A stretch of DNA of 64,000 nucleotides from Octopus vulgaris (lineage: Eukaryota), in assembly GCA_951406725.2 (NCBI GenBank), contig OX597821.1, positions 71,672,001-71,736,000 on the forward strand, given 5' to 3'. Below the pieces are notes generated by a model that did no database searches, was not told the origin of the DNA, and worked only from the letters and a program-made list of their open reading frames with translations. A program made the position numbers and the translations under genes. Positions 13,081-26,585 of this stretch are shown in pieces. Within the stretch, counting starts at the first letter, position 1; each line of letters starts with the position of its first letter.

Positions 13081-13639
13081 TATTTACAAAACCTCAATTT
13101 AAACTTCATATCATTAAAATATCTAAGGTAAAAACTGGCCGCGGAGAGAATTGAACAGAGAGCATACTGATTAGTAAGTCCTCTGATTACTACGCCTTTC
13201 ATGTGTTCTAACCACTCAGCCAATTTGCCGTCACCGGGACCGGTAACCTTTTAAATTACTTGTCTTATCAGGAGACTAAAATGACTTCTCACAAAATCTC
13301 ACCATGATATTTATTAGTAGTTATTACAATAACACAATAAAGATGTACACCATACATCTGTATTTGTCATTTGTATGATTTGAACATTAACCCTAAGTGA
13401 AAACAGATGAGACAATTCTCTGTTGTTATATGTTTTTTATTTGTTTGTTTGTTTGTAGTTAGAAAAAAAAGCATGCGTGGGAGGAGGCAATGCTCATCCC
13501 CTGGCTTCCCTGCAAGCGATGCGCAGTGGAATGCAGATATCCTAATAAGCAACTGCAATGCAAAGTAGAGCAGACAAATCCACGTCGAAGCATGCAGTCG
13601 AGATAAAAACAAAGAGTTTATTTCAGAAAACATACGTAC

Positions 13640-13678
<39 letters not shown>

Positions 13679-13776
13679 TACAGGCACATACGTATAGATG
13701 TATGTAAATAAGTCTTCCATCAATCAACATGTGTGTGTATGTGTGAGTGTGAGGAGACAGACAGACAAAGACAGAA

Positions 13777-13807
<31 letters not shown>

Positions 13808-13846
13808 CATTGGTGTGTAGTTCATTCCCTTCGCATCTATATTATC

Positions 13847-14050
13847 TATTTCTTTATTACCCACAAGGGCTAAACACAGAGAGGACAAACAAGGACAGAC
13901 ATAGGTATTAAGTCGATTACATCGACCCCAGTGCGTAACTGGTACTTAATTTATCGATCCCGAAAGGATCAAAGGAAAGTCGACCTCGGCGGAATTTGAA
14001 CTCAGAACGTCAGCATTTCGTCCGGCCTCCTAACGTTTCTGCCAGCTTGC
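13847..14050 (-). mobile_element. SINE family A with an internally deleted head
   Basis: Reverse complement of the family A tail and core. Confidence 0.85.
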
Positions 14051-14430
14051 ATCTATATTATCTCGAGTTCAGTTTCACAAGGTGCCACCTTGGGCCGCTG
14101 TCTTCAAGGTGTCTTCAACTTGGGCCGCTGTCTTCAACTGCTCTGAAGCGCACGAGTGAATTTAGCTGCGTTTTTGCCTTTGTGCTTGTCTCACCGCTTG
14201 ACAAGCGGTATTGATTTGTTTACGTCCACGTTAACTAGTACCTTGACGAAAAAGTACGACTTATTGTAATAAGTAACATCCAGAACTTATGGTGTCTCTC
14301 TTTACAAAAAGCATTTTTTGAATTTTCTGTATCGTGAGAAGTATGAGCAAAATGCATGTGTGTGAGGAGTTTCAGGAGTCGTCTGAGAGACGTGGATGGA
14401 TGGCAAGGTCTAACACTTCCAGAGGATACA

Positions 14431-14651
14431 TTTCTATATTTAAGAGATGAGGAATTATTTACATTATTTACACCTTTTGCATTTGACGGATATTTGTCTT
14501 CATCGTCTTTGTTGTTAACACAACGTTTCGGCTGATATACTCTCCAGCCTTCATCAGGTGTCTTGGGGAAATTTCGAACTTGGGTTCTCATTCCTAAGGT
14601 ATTTTATCGATGTTGTTTTTGTTGTTGCTGTTGTTGTTATTATCATCATCA

Positions 14652-14720
<69 letters not shown>

Positions 14721-14791
14721 TCACAGCCTGGAATCGAACTCGGAATCTTGGTGTTAGTAGACCGCGCTCTTAACCACTACGCCATATGCCC
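14431..14791 (-). mobile_element. tRNA-headed SINE-like element carrying a hammerhead motif
   Basis: A box TGGCGTAGTGG (14784-14774), B box GAGTTCGATTCC (14741-14730), (AAT)n linker, then a 3' region with the hammerhead at 14517-14562. Confidence 0.7.
14517..14562 (-). ncRNA. Minimal type I hammerhead ribozyme motif
   Basis: gacac CUGAUGA a ggcug-gagaguauau-cagcc GAAAC GUU guguu: intact core, 5-bp stem II, 5-bp stem I, palindromic AACGUU in place of stem III. Confidence 0.8.
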
Positions 14792-14869
14792 GTGGGCCTA
14801 TATGTCTCCAATGAAGTCTAATGTCGGCTCCGTACCGATTAGATAATATGACAAAGGGATGACGAAGCA

Positions 14870-14883
14870 GCAACAGCAGTAGC

Positions 14884-14962
<79 letters not shown>

Positions 14963-15009
14963 TAGTAGTTGTAGTAGCAGCAGCAGCATCAGTAGTAGTA
15001 GTAGTAGTG

Positions 15010-15054
<45 letters not shown>

Positions 15055-15066
15055 ATAGTAGTAGTG
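14870..15066. repeat. (TAG)n/(CAG)n microsatellite
   Basis: Seen directly. Confidence 0.95.
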
Positions 15067-15330
15067 GACAGTATACAGTCACAGCGTGGTATATAATATG
15101 ATTTGGAGTGGTTGCTCCAAGGATGACAGACAGAAAAGGGACGTGGAACAGTTAGGTGTTTGTGGAAGGGCGAACCCGGATATTCCCTGGAGACACGAAT
15201 GCTGGTTGGCTCACATCTGGAAGGGGAGAAGATGTCGGAATACGTCGAAGTCGTTCTGATCTGCAGGAGACAGCTGATGAAGGTAATGTCCCGCTGTGCG
15301 AACTCTATGTAGAATGTGTGTGTGTGTGAC

Positions 15331-15362
<32 letters not shown>

Positions 15363-15572
15363 TGTGTGTGTGTGTGTACAAAGAGACTGTTTCACTGGGA
15401 AGAGTGCGATGGGACGTTTGCGGCGTATAAGCTTTAATAGAAAGCTGAAGACTGAAATACACGATACGCTAAACCAGAATAATTTATTTAAATTATTAAA
15501 TTTTACCTTTGTATGTATATACGTGTGTATGTGTGTGTATACACACACACATACATACACACAGTCACACAG

Positions 15573-15610
<38 letters not shown>

Positions 15611-15625
15611 AAACACACACACAGT

Positions 15626-15707
<82 letters not shown>

Positions 15708-15819
15708 CACACACATATATACATATTCATACATACTTACATACAGACCCATATACACATATACTTACTTGCATACATTACATATAATCACACATAAATA
15801 TGTGTGTATGTATGTATAT

Positions 15820-15853
<34 letters not shown>

Positions 15854-15901
15854 TATATATACACATATATATATATATATCCAAGCACATGTATGTGTGT
15901 G

Positions 15902-15936
<35 letters not shown>

Positions 15937-16458
15937 TTGTGTGTGTTTAGACACAGACAGACACATATGCACATATACACACATGCGTACGTGATTACAT
16001 ATATACACACACGTCACATACATGCATAAATACATCCATCCAGCCACCCATGCAGACATACAGACATGTATACATCCATCCATACATACATGCACAAACG
16101 CATACGTATCCATCTTCAGCCCCATTAAACAGCCTGTTCAATTATTTCAATTTGAGATAGCTACAAAAAACTGGAGCAAAGAGATGTCACCATTGTCTCT
16201 TCTTCGCATTCCTAATGCGCCAGTTAACTCTTAACATTCTTTACCAACAGACACAACACACACACATAGACATATAGACCCATCTGTGTGTGTGTCTGTG
16301 TGTTTCTATTTCTTCTTTAGTCTCAGGTCTGGCCTCTCTACTTTTTTTTTCATTTATCTATGTCACTATGTCACAGCAGTCTTTACATATTATGTTGTTA
16401 CTACTGCACTTAATACTCGGTTTCGGTAAATGATGATATAGAAATGTCATCCTTCAAA

Positions 16459-16517
<59 letters not shown>

Positions 16518-16774
16518 CATAGCCGTGGCGACTTTCCCAAACACTCAGCACAAGCACCACCACCCAGGTACCCAGTTTAAACTGTTTCTCTGTCTGTGTG
16601 TACGGGTGTCTCTCTTCTCTGTGTGGGCGGTTGAATACATACATACATACATACATACATACATACATACATACATACATACATACATACATACATACAT
16701 ACATACATACATACATACATACATACATGCATGCATGCATACATACTTACATCCATCCATACATACATACATAT

Positions 16775-17108
16775 ACTCTTATACTTGTTTCAGTCATTTG
16801 ACTGCGGCCATGCTGGAACACCGCCCGTAGCCGAACAAATCTACCCCAGGAGTTTTTTTTTAAGCCTAGTACTTATTCTATCCGTCTATTTTGTCGAACC
16901 GCTAGCTTACGGGAACGTAAACACACCAACATCGGCTGTTAATCGATGGTGGATGGACAAACACAGACACACAGATATATATATATATATATATATATAC
17001 ACGACGGGCTTCTTTCAGTTTCCACTCACAAAGCTTTGGTCGGCTCGAGACTATAGTAGAAGGCACTTGCCCAAGGTGTCACGCAGTGGGACTGAACCCG
17101 GAACCATG
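16775..17108 (-). mobile_element. SINE family B
   Basis: Reverse complement of the family B tail through the B box. Confidence 0.85.
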
Positions 17109-17753
17109 TATATATGTATTAATTACCAACTTGTAATAATTAAACTTACAACCATAAACCATGCTTTGAATCTCCTAATTTCTATTGTCATAGCAACAGA
17201 ATTCTTTCTAACAACAAGCGTTAAAGCGTCGAGTGTTCAATTTAGCAGTTTCGTGAACGTGATTTCATTCCCTGCGCCACTCAAGCAACCTGCGTAGGGG
17301 CCCCTCGCTCGCACGCGTTCGTGCGTGTGTGTGTCTATGTGTGGTGTGTATAGGTATTCTTGTTCCAGCGGGAGGAACAAACAATATCACGAGCAGAAGG
17401 TTAACTAATAGGAAATTATCTCTGGTATGGACAACACAATGAAAACAATCTACCCTCGTTGATTTAATAAAGTGTTTTTTTGTGAATTTGACAGGGACCG
17501 GAAGAATTTCAGTCTGCCAACGCTGGAAACCTCGTGACAAGCAACAGGAACACAGCAGAACAAATATGTCACTGTACAATAATACACACACATACGCATA
17601 CCCACATACATAAACACACACACACATACACACATACATACGCAGACACACACACGCACGCATACATACAAGATATATGTATAGACATTGATAGATAAAT
17701 AGATACGTACGCACATATATACATACATAAATATATGATGAACTTCAGCCAGT

Positions 17754-17836
<83 letters not shown>

Positions 17837-18039
17837 AATTATATCTCAAGCGTCATCAAACACAGCAAAATAAAAATATTCCAACAACCATATTCTCTTC
17901 CTTCAGGAGAACTACTCACAGCATCTAATAATATAGCTCAAAGGATAAGCTCCTGAATTCTGAGAACTTACCGGTCCAGAGGGGAAGATATCATCACACC
18001 CCATTTCTCCTCTTTGTACGTCCACACATAGAATATTGC

Positions 18040-18610
18040 TACCCCCTGCGGTTTCTCCACACTGAGCAAAACATTACAGAAATTGAGCCACCTCAGAGGG
18101 CATTCGCTAGAAAAATATAAGGTGACTGATCTTGATTATTGGAACTACCTTAAAACATTGAATCTTTATTCTCTCTGGCGCTGCCGTGAGCGCTACGTTA
18201 TTTTCACAATGTGGAAAATATACCACCAGCATTACCCAAACGATCTTAATATTAGATTAAAAACTCGTCCTTGGAAGGACCACGTACCATACGGCTCCTA
18301 CACAAGTCAGGCTCGCAACACATAAATTCACTACAGCTCAATTTCTTTTCCCGGACAGACCCTGCTCTATTTAACATTGTCCCAAAACAAATAAAAGAAA
18401 AAAAAACCCATCACCTTCAAACGGAACGTGGACAAATTTCTTCAAGGAATACCAGACAAGACACCAAATCCTGGTTACATATCAGTCAACACAAATCCCT
18501 ACTTGAATCGGCAAGAAATAGCAGAAAACTTGACAGATTCTTCCAGGTGATGCTAATAGACATGGCCTGAGCCAATTTCTGGTGGAGATACGTCTAACTT
18601 ATCTAAATTA
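18040..18610 (+). mobile_element. Decayed 3' end of a CR1-group LINE
   Basis: LDYWNYLKTLNLYSLWRCRERYVIFTMWKI parallels LSYWERLKQLRLYSLERRRERYAVIYVWKI at 44.9 kb. The 3' tail agacatggcct...tctaa recurs near 52400. Confidence 0.7.
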
Positions 18611-18774
18611 TATACATATACATACAGTGATCATATATATACATACACACACACACACACACATGCACACACACAACACACATATACATATACACCAGTA
18701 TTGCTAGAAATAAGAGTAAAAACAACTCATTAGCCAACAAAAGCACTATCTTAATGAGCTAACAAGGGAGACAA

Positions 18775-18812
<38 letters not shown>

Positions 18813-18856
18813 ATGTATATATATACATACATACATCTATCTATATATATATATAT

Positions 18857-18912
<56 letters not shown>

Positions 18913-18966
18913 ACATACATACATACATATATATATAGATATATATATATATATATATATATACAT

Positions 18967-19028
<62 letters not shown>

Positions 19029-19032
<4 letters not shown>

Positions 19033-19651
19033 GAAATATTAAAATTACTAAGTCTCTCTAAAAGAGAACAGCGGAGCGTTCCCGGAAAATAATAGTTATC
19101 GCCATACTAATATGGCATTCTTATAAAAATAAGAATAAAGCTGTCTGCTTATTAGCTCCATTGTTCGAAGGTTATATGGATACAGTTTGTGTATCAAATA
19201 GCTAACTTAAGGCGATGGCCTCATGGAGCTAATAAGCAGACAGCTTTATTCTTATTTTTATAAGAATGCCATATTAGTATGGCGATAACTATTATTTTCC
19301 GGGAACGCTGCCGCTGTTCTCTTTTAGAGAGACTTAGTAATTTTAATATTTCTATTATTGAAAACAAGTGGATGTATTCCACCGAAACTAGGTAAATAAA
19401 ACCATCGAACAGAGATTGTCGGAAGCGACACCTACTGGCTGGCTACGCTGCATTGAAAAGGGGCAATACCCCGAAACGCGTCTGTAGCTGCCGGTCAAGT
19501 AGTGTGGAGCGACTGACCTCCCTTGTTCGAAGGTTATATGGATACAGTTTGTGTATCAAATAGCTAACTTAAGGCGATGGCCTCATGGAGCTAATAAGCG
19601 GACAGCTTTATTCTTATTTTTATAAGAATGCCATATTAGTATGGCGATAAC

Positions 19652-19656
<5 letters not shown>
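19029..19656 (+). mobile_element. Penelope-like terminal-repeat remnant (inverted 5' copy plus tandem partial copy) within (TA)n
   Basis: 19029-19161 is the reverse complement of 19223-19355; 19161-19294 is directly repeated at 19523-19656. Contains hammerhead motifs. Confidence 0.8.
19447..19488 (+). ncRNA. Minimal hammerhead motif with variant core
   Basis: gcugca UUGAAAA gggg-caaua-cccc GAAAC GC GUC uguagc: 6-bp stem I, 4-bp stem II, palindromic ACGCGU; core differs from CUGANGA at two positions. Confidence 0.7.
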
Positions 19657-19740
<84 letters not shown>

Positions 19741-19746
<6 letters not shown>

Positions 19747-19942
19747 TAATCCAAACATGAAAGCACAAAAAAACACAACAAAACCAGGACGTGGAACAAA
19801 TATATTGGACGCTCAGGAAAGAAGGAAAGAAGGAGGGTTTAACGTTTCGAGCGGAGCTCTTCGTCGGAAACATAGGGGAAGGAAAGATCCAGAGAAGAGA
19901 AGACAGAGGAACAAAAATCGCCAACAGTACACACGCGGTCAT
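19741..19942 (-). mobile_element. Penelope-like terminal-repeat remnant with hammerhead motif at 19837-19871
   Basis: guuu CCGACGA a gagc-ucc-gcuc GAAAC GUU aaac; TA-rich tracts on both sides. Confidence 0.7.
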
Positions 19943-20085
19943 ATTATTATATATATATATCTATATATCTTCATGAATACGTCTCTAAGTGGGCACTAAT
20001 CAGGCCTTGTTCACTTTAGTGACGTATATATTTCTGCCTTTAGGTTGTAAAATTGCGAGTTATCCATTCATTTTTTTGATGTGTC

Positions 20086-20210
<125 letters not shown>

Positions 20211-20370
20211 TTGCGCGAGTGTGTATATCTGTGTGAATTAATATCTTTTATTCTAATTTACATAATGTTATACATAAGTTTTTTACATTTAATGATGAAT
20301 CGTCCAAAACAAATAAGCTTATTACTACGGCGATAACCAAATTTACAGACGGTGCAAGAAAACGGATAAT

Positions 20371-20416
20371 TCTTCACTGAGGAGCCGTCGACAAACTGTG
20401 AAACGGTGTCTTGGGA
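20371..20416 (+). ncRNA. Decayed hammerhead motif
   Basis: ucuuca CUGAGGA gccgu-cgacaa-acugu GAAAC GGU GUC uuggga: intact core, one mismatch in each of stems I and II; AATAAA about 35 nt downstream. Confidence 0.45.
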
Positions 20417-21701
20417 GACTCCCTATTTTTTTTTCTTCTTAGTGATAGAAATAAACGCGCTTATATTTTTATATGACGCTCACAGCTAGGCTTATTATAT
20501 TTCAGCCGTTCTGACTCATTCTGTGTTAGGCACATATATATGAATACATATGTATCCAGGATTGTATGCATATGCCAGGTCGCTTGCGCGTGCTGTCATG
20601 AGTGCTACTGGAAAAATGAAATGCAGTACAACTTGTTGCATGGTCGGGTCGTCGGCGACTAATCAGACTCTCATAATAAACCAGCCTTGTGAAGAGGGTT
20701 GCTACTAAAAACAATCGCATGCACAGGCATTGCTGACATTTTGCAAGGGCAATGGCCAGTGATGGTCTTCCTTGGTCACCAGTGGATGGCCATAATATGC
20801 AGTGTGTGTGTGTTCAAATGCGTATGTCTGTCTGTATGTGTGTGTGTATGTCTGTCTGTATGTATGTATGTATGTGTGTGTGTATGTCTGTCTGTCTGTC
20901 TGCTGTCTGTATGTATGTATGTATGTATGTATGTATGTAGGTACGTATGTATGCATGTATGTATGTATGTATGTGTGTATATGGTATGTGTTTATTGCCG
21001 TAGAATCACTCCCGATAATAACCATAATCTAATGATGTGCTCTGGAGTGCTTCGTTTATAAATGCGTGTATATATGTATGTATGTGTGTTGTGTGCGTGT
21101 ATGTTGGTATGTGACTGTGCTTTGTACGTGTATCTGTTTCATCCTCTTTAATACCTTTGCTTTTCTATTCAATGATAAACATTCTTGTCGCACTCTTTCT
21201 TGACCTCGTCAATTCATTCTTTAAAATGTCTTTCATGTTGTGCCAGAAAGGATGACACATACCTTTTAACCTGATTCCCTATTATCATCCTTGACGAAAT
21301 GTAATTATCTTGTTTCTAAGCTCAGGTTGTTAGTTTTAAATGCATATCTGCTTATATTTTCCTTATTTCATGCCACAACATAAACACAAGCAAATCTATA
21401 CGGAAGGGATCGCACTCACACTTTCTTAACCACCGCTCTTTAACATATTCATATTTTACCTCATTCTTAATCTCCTTCAGTTCTTGTTTCTGTCAGTTTT
21501 TCAGTTTTAATTTTAGGTCAGTAAAAATAGCGTTTCTTGGTTTTTAAACAAAAAGGCTTTAATGAAAATATAGATTCGATTCATAGAACAAAAAATAAAC
21601 TTAAGAAATAGAAAAAACCTATTTGGTCAAGCGCAACAAGATTACGCTCAGGGTCTCAATAAACTGATTTCAATGCGTAGCCGTATTTAAAATTGCGTAG
21701 C

Positions 21702-21885
21702 CGTATTTCGTCTGTCCTTACGTTCTGAGTTCAAATTCCACCGAGGTCGACTTTGCCTTTCATCCTTTCGGGGTCGATAAATAAAGTACCAGTTATGCAC
21801 TGGGGTCGATGTAATCGACTTAATCCCTTTGTCTGTCTTTGTTTGTCCCCTCTATGTTTGGCCCCTTGTGGGCAATAAAGAAATA
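21702..21885 (+). mobile_element. SINE family A, headless unit
   Basis: Starts at gtatttcgtctg. Direct repeat aataaactgatttcaat at about 21658 and 21882. Confidence 0.85.
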
Positions 21886-23128
21886 AACTGATTTCAATAC
21901 CGTGGCTAAGAATAATAGTGATGGAATAACTAAAGAGTGAATAACTAAAGTGAAGAAATTTAGTTATGAGCATCCCAGTTTTGAGTTCAAATCTTGATAA
22001 ATCATCTTTGCCTTTCATCTTTTCAGATTTGATAAAATAAACTGAACTGGATGTAATCGGCGCTTGTGGAAGAATGAGCAACACCAATGGAGGAGAAAGT
22101 GAAACGATTGGCTTCGCTTCGGCTTTGTATGGAATATCTTCCGACGCAGAAACTAGGGCCGTCTCAGCTGCCAGATTCAGGAACAGATTTTCACTGAAGT
22201 TTTCTGAATCCTGTACTGAACAGCAGCTGTTGAATCTACGTTGGATAGGTTCGTTATTTTTACAGTTCCTTGTTTTCATTCCGCCTGATTTCTAGTAGCC
22301 CTCTCATTAAGCTAACTTGCTGAAAATTGTGGGGTTTAATTAAAGATGGTCCAACCATGTAAACTATTGCTCAAGTTGTCCAGCCGAATTGCCTCAGATT
22401 TGTTTGTTCCTATTCTGGGAACAACCAGCTGAAACATTCTTAAGTGATGTCATCCCTACCATGAAAACAACGGTGGTTTCGACGGCGTAGAGGAAAAGGC
22501 TTTAACCAAACTCAAATAGTTATCGCATTCAGCGTTGAAATTTGGAATGGTTTCGCTTTAAAGGGAATTGAAAGTCGACAGGAATTAACTGAAAATGTTT
22601 ACCAGGGATCCGGGGATGTAATTTCAGAGTGAGAAGATAACCAGGTCTAAGCGGGAACATTTTCAATAGTTACAGCCAAAAGAGATTCTAGTTTTATGCT
22701 AAAGAGATTCCTAAAGAGATTCTAGTTACGTGCGAATTTTGACAATCAATTTTATAGCTGACATCACAATTGGGTTTTAAATAATGGCAACAATTCCTGA
22801 AGGAATATAATTGATAAGATGAAATGTTGTCACATTTTTATTGCAACTCTTTCGATGTTTTTTTCTAAATTTGTGATATCGTCTGGCATTTTTTCACCTC
22901 AGACTTATATTTTTCTTGACATTGGTAAAATCTGGATGATTCATCAAAACTGCCACATGTCAATAATATGATGCGTTATAACAACATTCGCATTAATACC
23001 ATCACAATATCTTTTTAATTTCCTCAGTTCATATACATTGGTTACACACGCATGCACCCCTCACTCACTCACTCACTCACTTTTACACACACATACACAC
23101 ACATACATACACACACACACACACGCAC

Positions 23129-23164
<36 letters not shown>

Positions 23165-23170
23165 GTACAT

Positions 23171-23210
<40 letters not shown>

Positions 23211-23215
23211 GTATA

Positions 23216-23360
23216 ATCAAAATAAGCAACAAGGATATCCAGGGGTAATGCAGCACGATCGTTTTATGCGACTCCATTTAATTGAACAATGCAAATATTA
23301 CGTCAATTTAAAATGTAGACCAATCTTCAGCTGCATAAAAATATAGAATTTAGTTAAATT
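23216..23360 (-). mobile_element. Penelope-like terminal-repeat remnant with decayed hammerhead (23248-23336); same family as 45889-46174
   Basis: augcag CUGAAGA ...long stem II... AAAAC GAUC GUG cugcau; collinear with 45893-46045; follows (TA)n. Confidence 0.7.
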
Positions 23361-23842
23361 CGAAAGAATCATTTGTATAGTTTTCTTATTTTCCAAAATC
23401 ACAAAGAGGATAAGCAGATAAACAAAGAACATGTTTCATTTTGTTACTTGCCGTGTGTTTCACAGGCATCACTAATTCAACACATGTCTAAAATCTCAAT
23501 GCACGGTGTTCGATGTATAATATGCTTATAATACATTTCAATATTCGTTTTTCAAGGCGTTTACTGCGTGTATAAGTGGTTGTTTTACATCTCTATCCAG
23601 CTGGATGCATATGTCGTAGAAACGTTCGGAATGCTATGAATTTCCTCTCTTACATAAACTGATGTTGGCACCGAGGGCTTTTGGATTTACATCATCAGAT
23701 TATTTCTCTTTACTGTCATTCCTCCTCCTCTCTTCCCCACCTCTCTCTCTCAATATATGCGTATGTACGCATGTATACATACAGTCTGTATGTATAAAGA
23801 TATAGATTGATAAATGGACAGATAGATACACTGATTCGCACG

Positions 23843-23899
<57 letters not shown>

Positions 23900-25330
23900 G
23901 CATACATATACAAACATGATAAACGTATGTGAGTGTTCATGATGTGTGGATGTTTGTAGTTGTGTATCTCTGTATATTGCTAAAAATTATGATTATCAAA
24001 GACAGCTGAAACGGAAGTTTATTTACATGCAGATCTTCGCTGGAAAATGAACAAACAAAAAAAAAACAAAAACCACAAACAAACCCACAAATTCCTGAAT
24101 CTTATTCTAGACTAAATACTAATATTTCCTTCAGCTGGAATTCACCTGAAAAGAAGGAATTTGGTAATTTGATGGCAGATTCCCTGTTGCTTGCCTGGGC
24201 CACTGAATGACGGACGTTTTCATTGGAAAGGATCAATTTTGATTTCATTGGACAGCTGGACTTGCTTCTGATGTTTGAAAATCTGTCTTCGCCTGCTTAC
24301 TTTTGCGATGTAGCTGACGTGTTTCCGTAACTTATCCCGACATTTGGCCAGTGTCGATAATTTATTCAAGGGGCGTCCGATGTTTAATAATTCGCGTAGT
24401 TTTATATATCTAGTAAAACTAAAGCATAAACAATTCCCCTGTGTCAGGTACAAAATATTGCCTGAAAATAATTCCATGGATTTCTTTTCAATTTAGAAAA
24501 AATAACAAACAAACAAAAAAACGTCCCGTTTCTCTAAAAAAGCGGTTGACTTTTCAATTCTTGCAGATATTCTGCTTCTAAGGTAAAAGGTTATTTACAC
24601 TGATATAATAAAGGTTCTGGTTATCAGCACCACCGGGCAGATAGTCATTAATTTTACGCTTTAGACAGAATTCACAATATTGTTTCAGGCATTTTGGTCA
24701 TTCAAGATCGGCACCAGAAACCTTGTCTACATAGAATCGCAGCAGGTTTTGTAGTAGGGAAAACTGCTCGATAAACCAAACATTGCTATTAAGTATGGAA
24801 CCAGATGGCAAGTCTGATATATGGTTAGTAATATAATCTGGTTCTTCCGAACTTAATAACCAAGAACAACACTTGCTGTTTCAGTTTTCTTGGAGAAAGA
24901 AACTTATACAGATTCCTTACATACAGCAGAAACTAAAGTACTTTAGCTAGTGTGTCAGGAGGGCAAAATCGGTAACTTTGAAGGTTTCAGTCAAAACACC
25001 TGGTATTATCTTTCGAACAAGTCTCTCTCTCTCTCTATCTTAAACATAAGAGATGAGAAACAATGAACTTAAGTGTTTAAAGTTAATCTGTTATTTGAAC
25101 AATTCTAACATTAACACCAGATAAACGAATAGCCGGGTCTATGTTGTTCAGGGGAATCAAGGGGCAAATGGCTCAACCGTTTGGTTTTGCAGGTGATGTG
25201 TGATATTCCTTGCTGCCAACTCTTCGCAAGAAAGGGACAGTGTTTCATGGACAGGCTTTTTGATATACGCTGTCTCACACGGCGAGTGTTGTTAGTTCTA
25301 AGTGCTGAATTTTATGGATGGATGTGCAAG

Positions 25331-25333
<3 letters not shown>

Positions 25334-25422
<89 letters not shown>

Positions 25423-25522
25423 TGTGTGTGTGTGCGTGCGTGCGTGCGTGCGTGTGTATGTGCGTGCATGTGTGTGTGCGTGCGTGCGTGTGTATGTGCG
25501 TGCATGTGTGTGTGTGTCTGTG

Positions 25523-25592
<70 letters not shown>
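25334..25592. repeat. (TG)n/(TGCG)n microsatellite
   Basis: Seen directly. Confidence 0.95.
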
Positions 25593-25596
<4 letters not shown>

Positions 25597-25977
25597 TAGA
25601 TATAGATAGATGGGTAACACAATTGTAGAAAACTATAAGTCGATGCAGTTGTGCTTAAAACGCACACGCAGATGGTTCTTGTAGAGCATAATATATACGT
25701 TTCGTGCTTTAAGTTGCTTCCATTACATGGTTTCACATACAGAAACCATCCGTACGCACGTGAGACCGTACGAAGATGCATTTTTGTGCAAGGTTGAAGA
25801 CATTGTTTTGGTGTTTCTATATGATATTTTCAGTTTAGAAAAGGAGAATATTTTTTGGTGGGAAACAAATCAGGACTGAAATGCTTGCACAGAATCTGCA
25901 AGAACTCGAATACTTTGCACATTCTCGTAATTGTGTTTGAAAAGAATATAGATATTACTCCACACCTCTCTCTCCCT

Positions 25978-26134
<157 letters not shown>

Positions 26135-26585
26135 GGTATCAAGCAAGGTACTTAGAAGTTTCAAGTCAAATTTGGCCAAGTCCATCTTGCTATCAACGTG
26201 TAATGCAGACTAATAGTAAATCGCCGGTCTAAACACCACTAGCACTTTAAAATTGATCTTCTTTCACTTGATTGCAATACTCCTATACCCCTATACCCCT
26301 ATAGCCATATACCTGTACGGGTATGGCTGATAGATAGGTTTCTTAAAGCTAACAAAGATGACAGACACAAAAACTTGAAGGTTTCCCCAACCGACAAATG
26401 GCTTCAAAGATTAATGAGATCTCATTTAGAGAAGGAGAGCGCTGACAGGCGGGCTTTGATTTACACATGTATAGATAAATATAAACGTATGTACATACAT
26501 AAATAAATTCACACACACATGCACGCACTCATATATATAATGGGCACACATAATACACACTCATGTATATAATGCGTATATTATA

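Noticed and set aside
14717-14791. Functional tRNA gene
   Set aside because: Anticodon and T stems pair poorly and there is no terminator; treated as a SINE head.
15274-15312. CTGATGA followed by GAAC
   Set aside because: No stem II or stem I pairing.
22060-22300. Overlapping ORFs on both strands in GC-richer sequence
   Set aside because: No recognisable homology; the longer ORF runs into SINE sequence.
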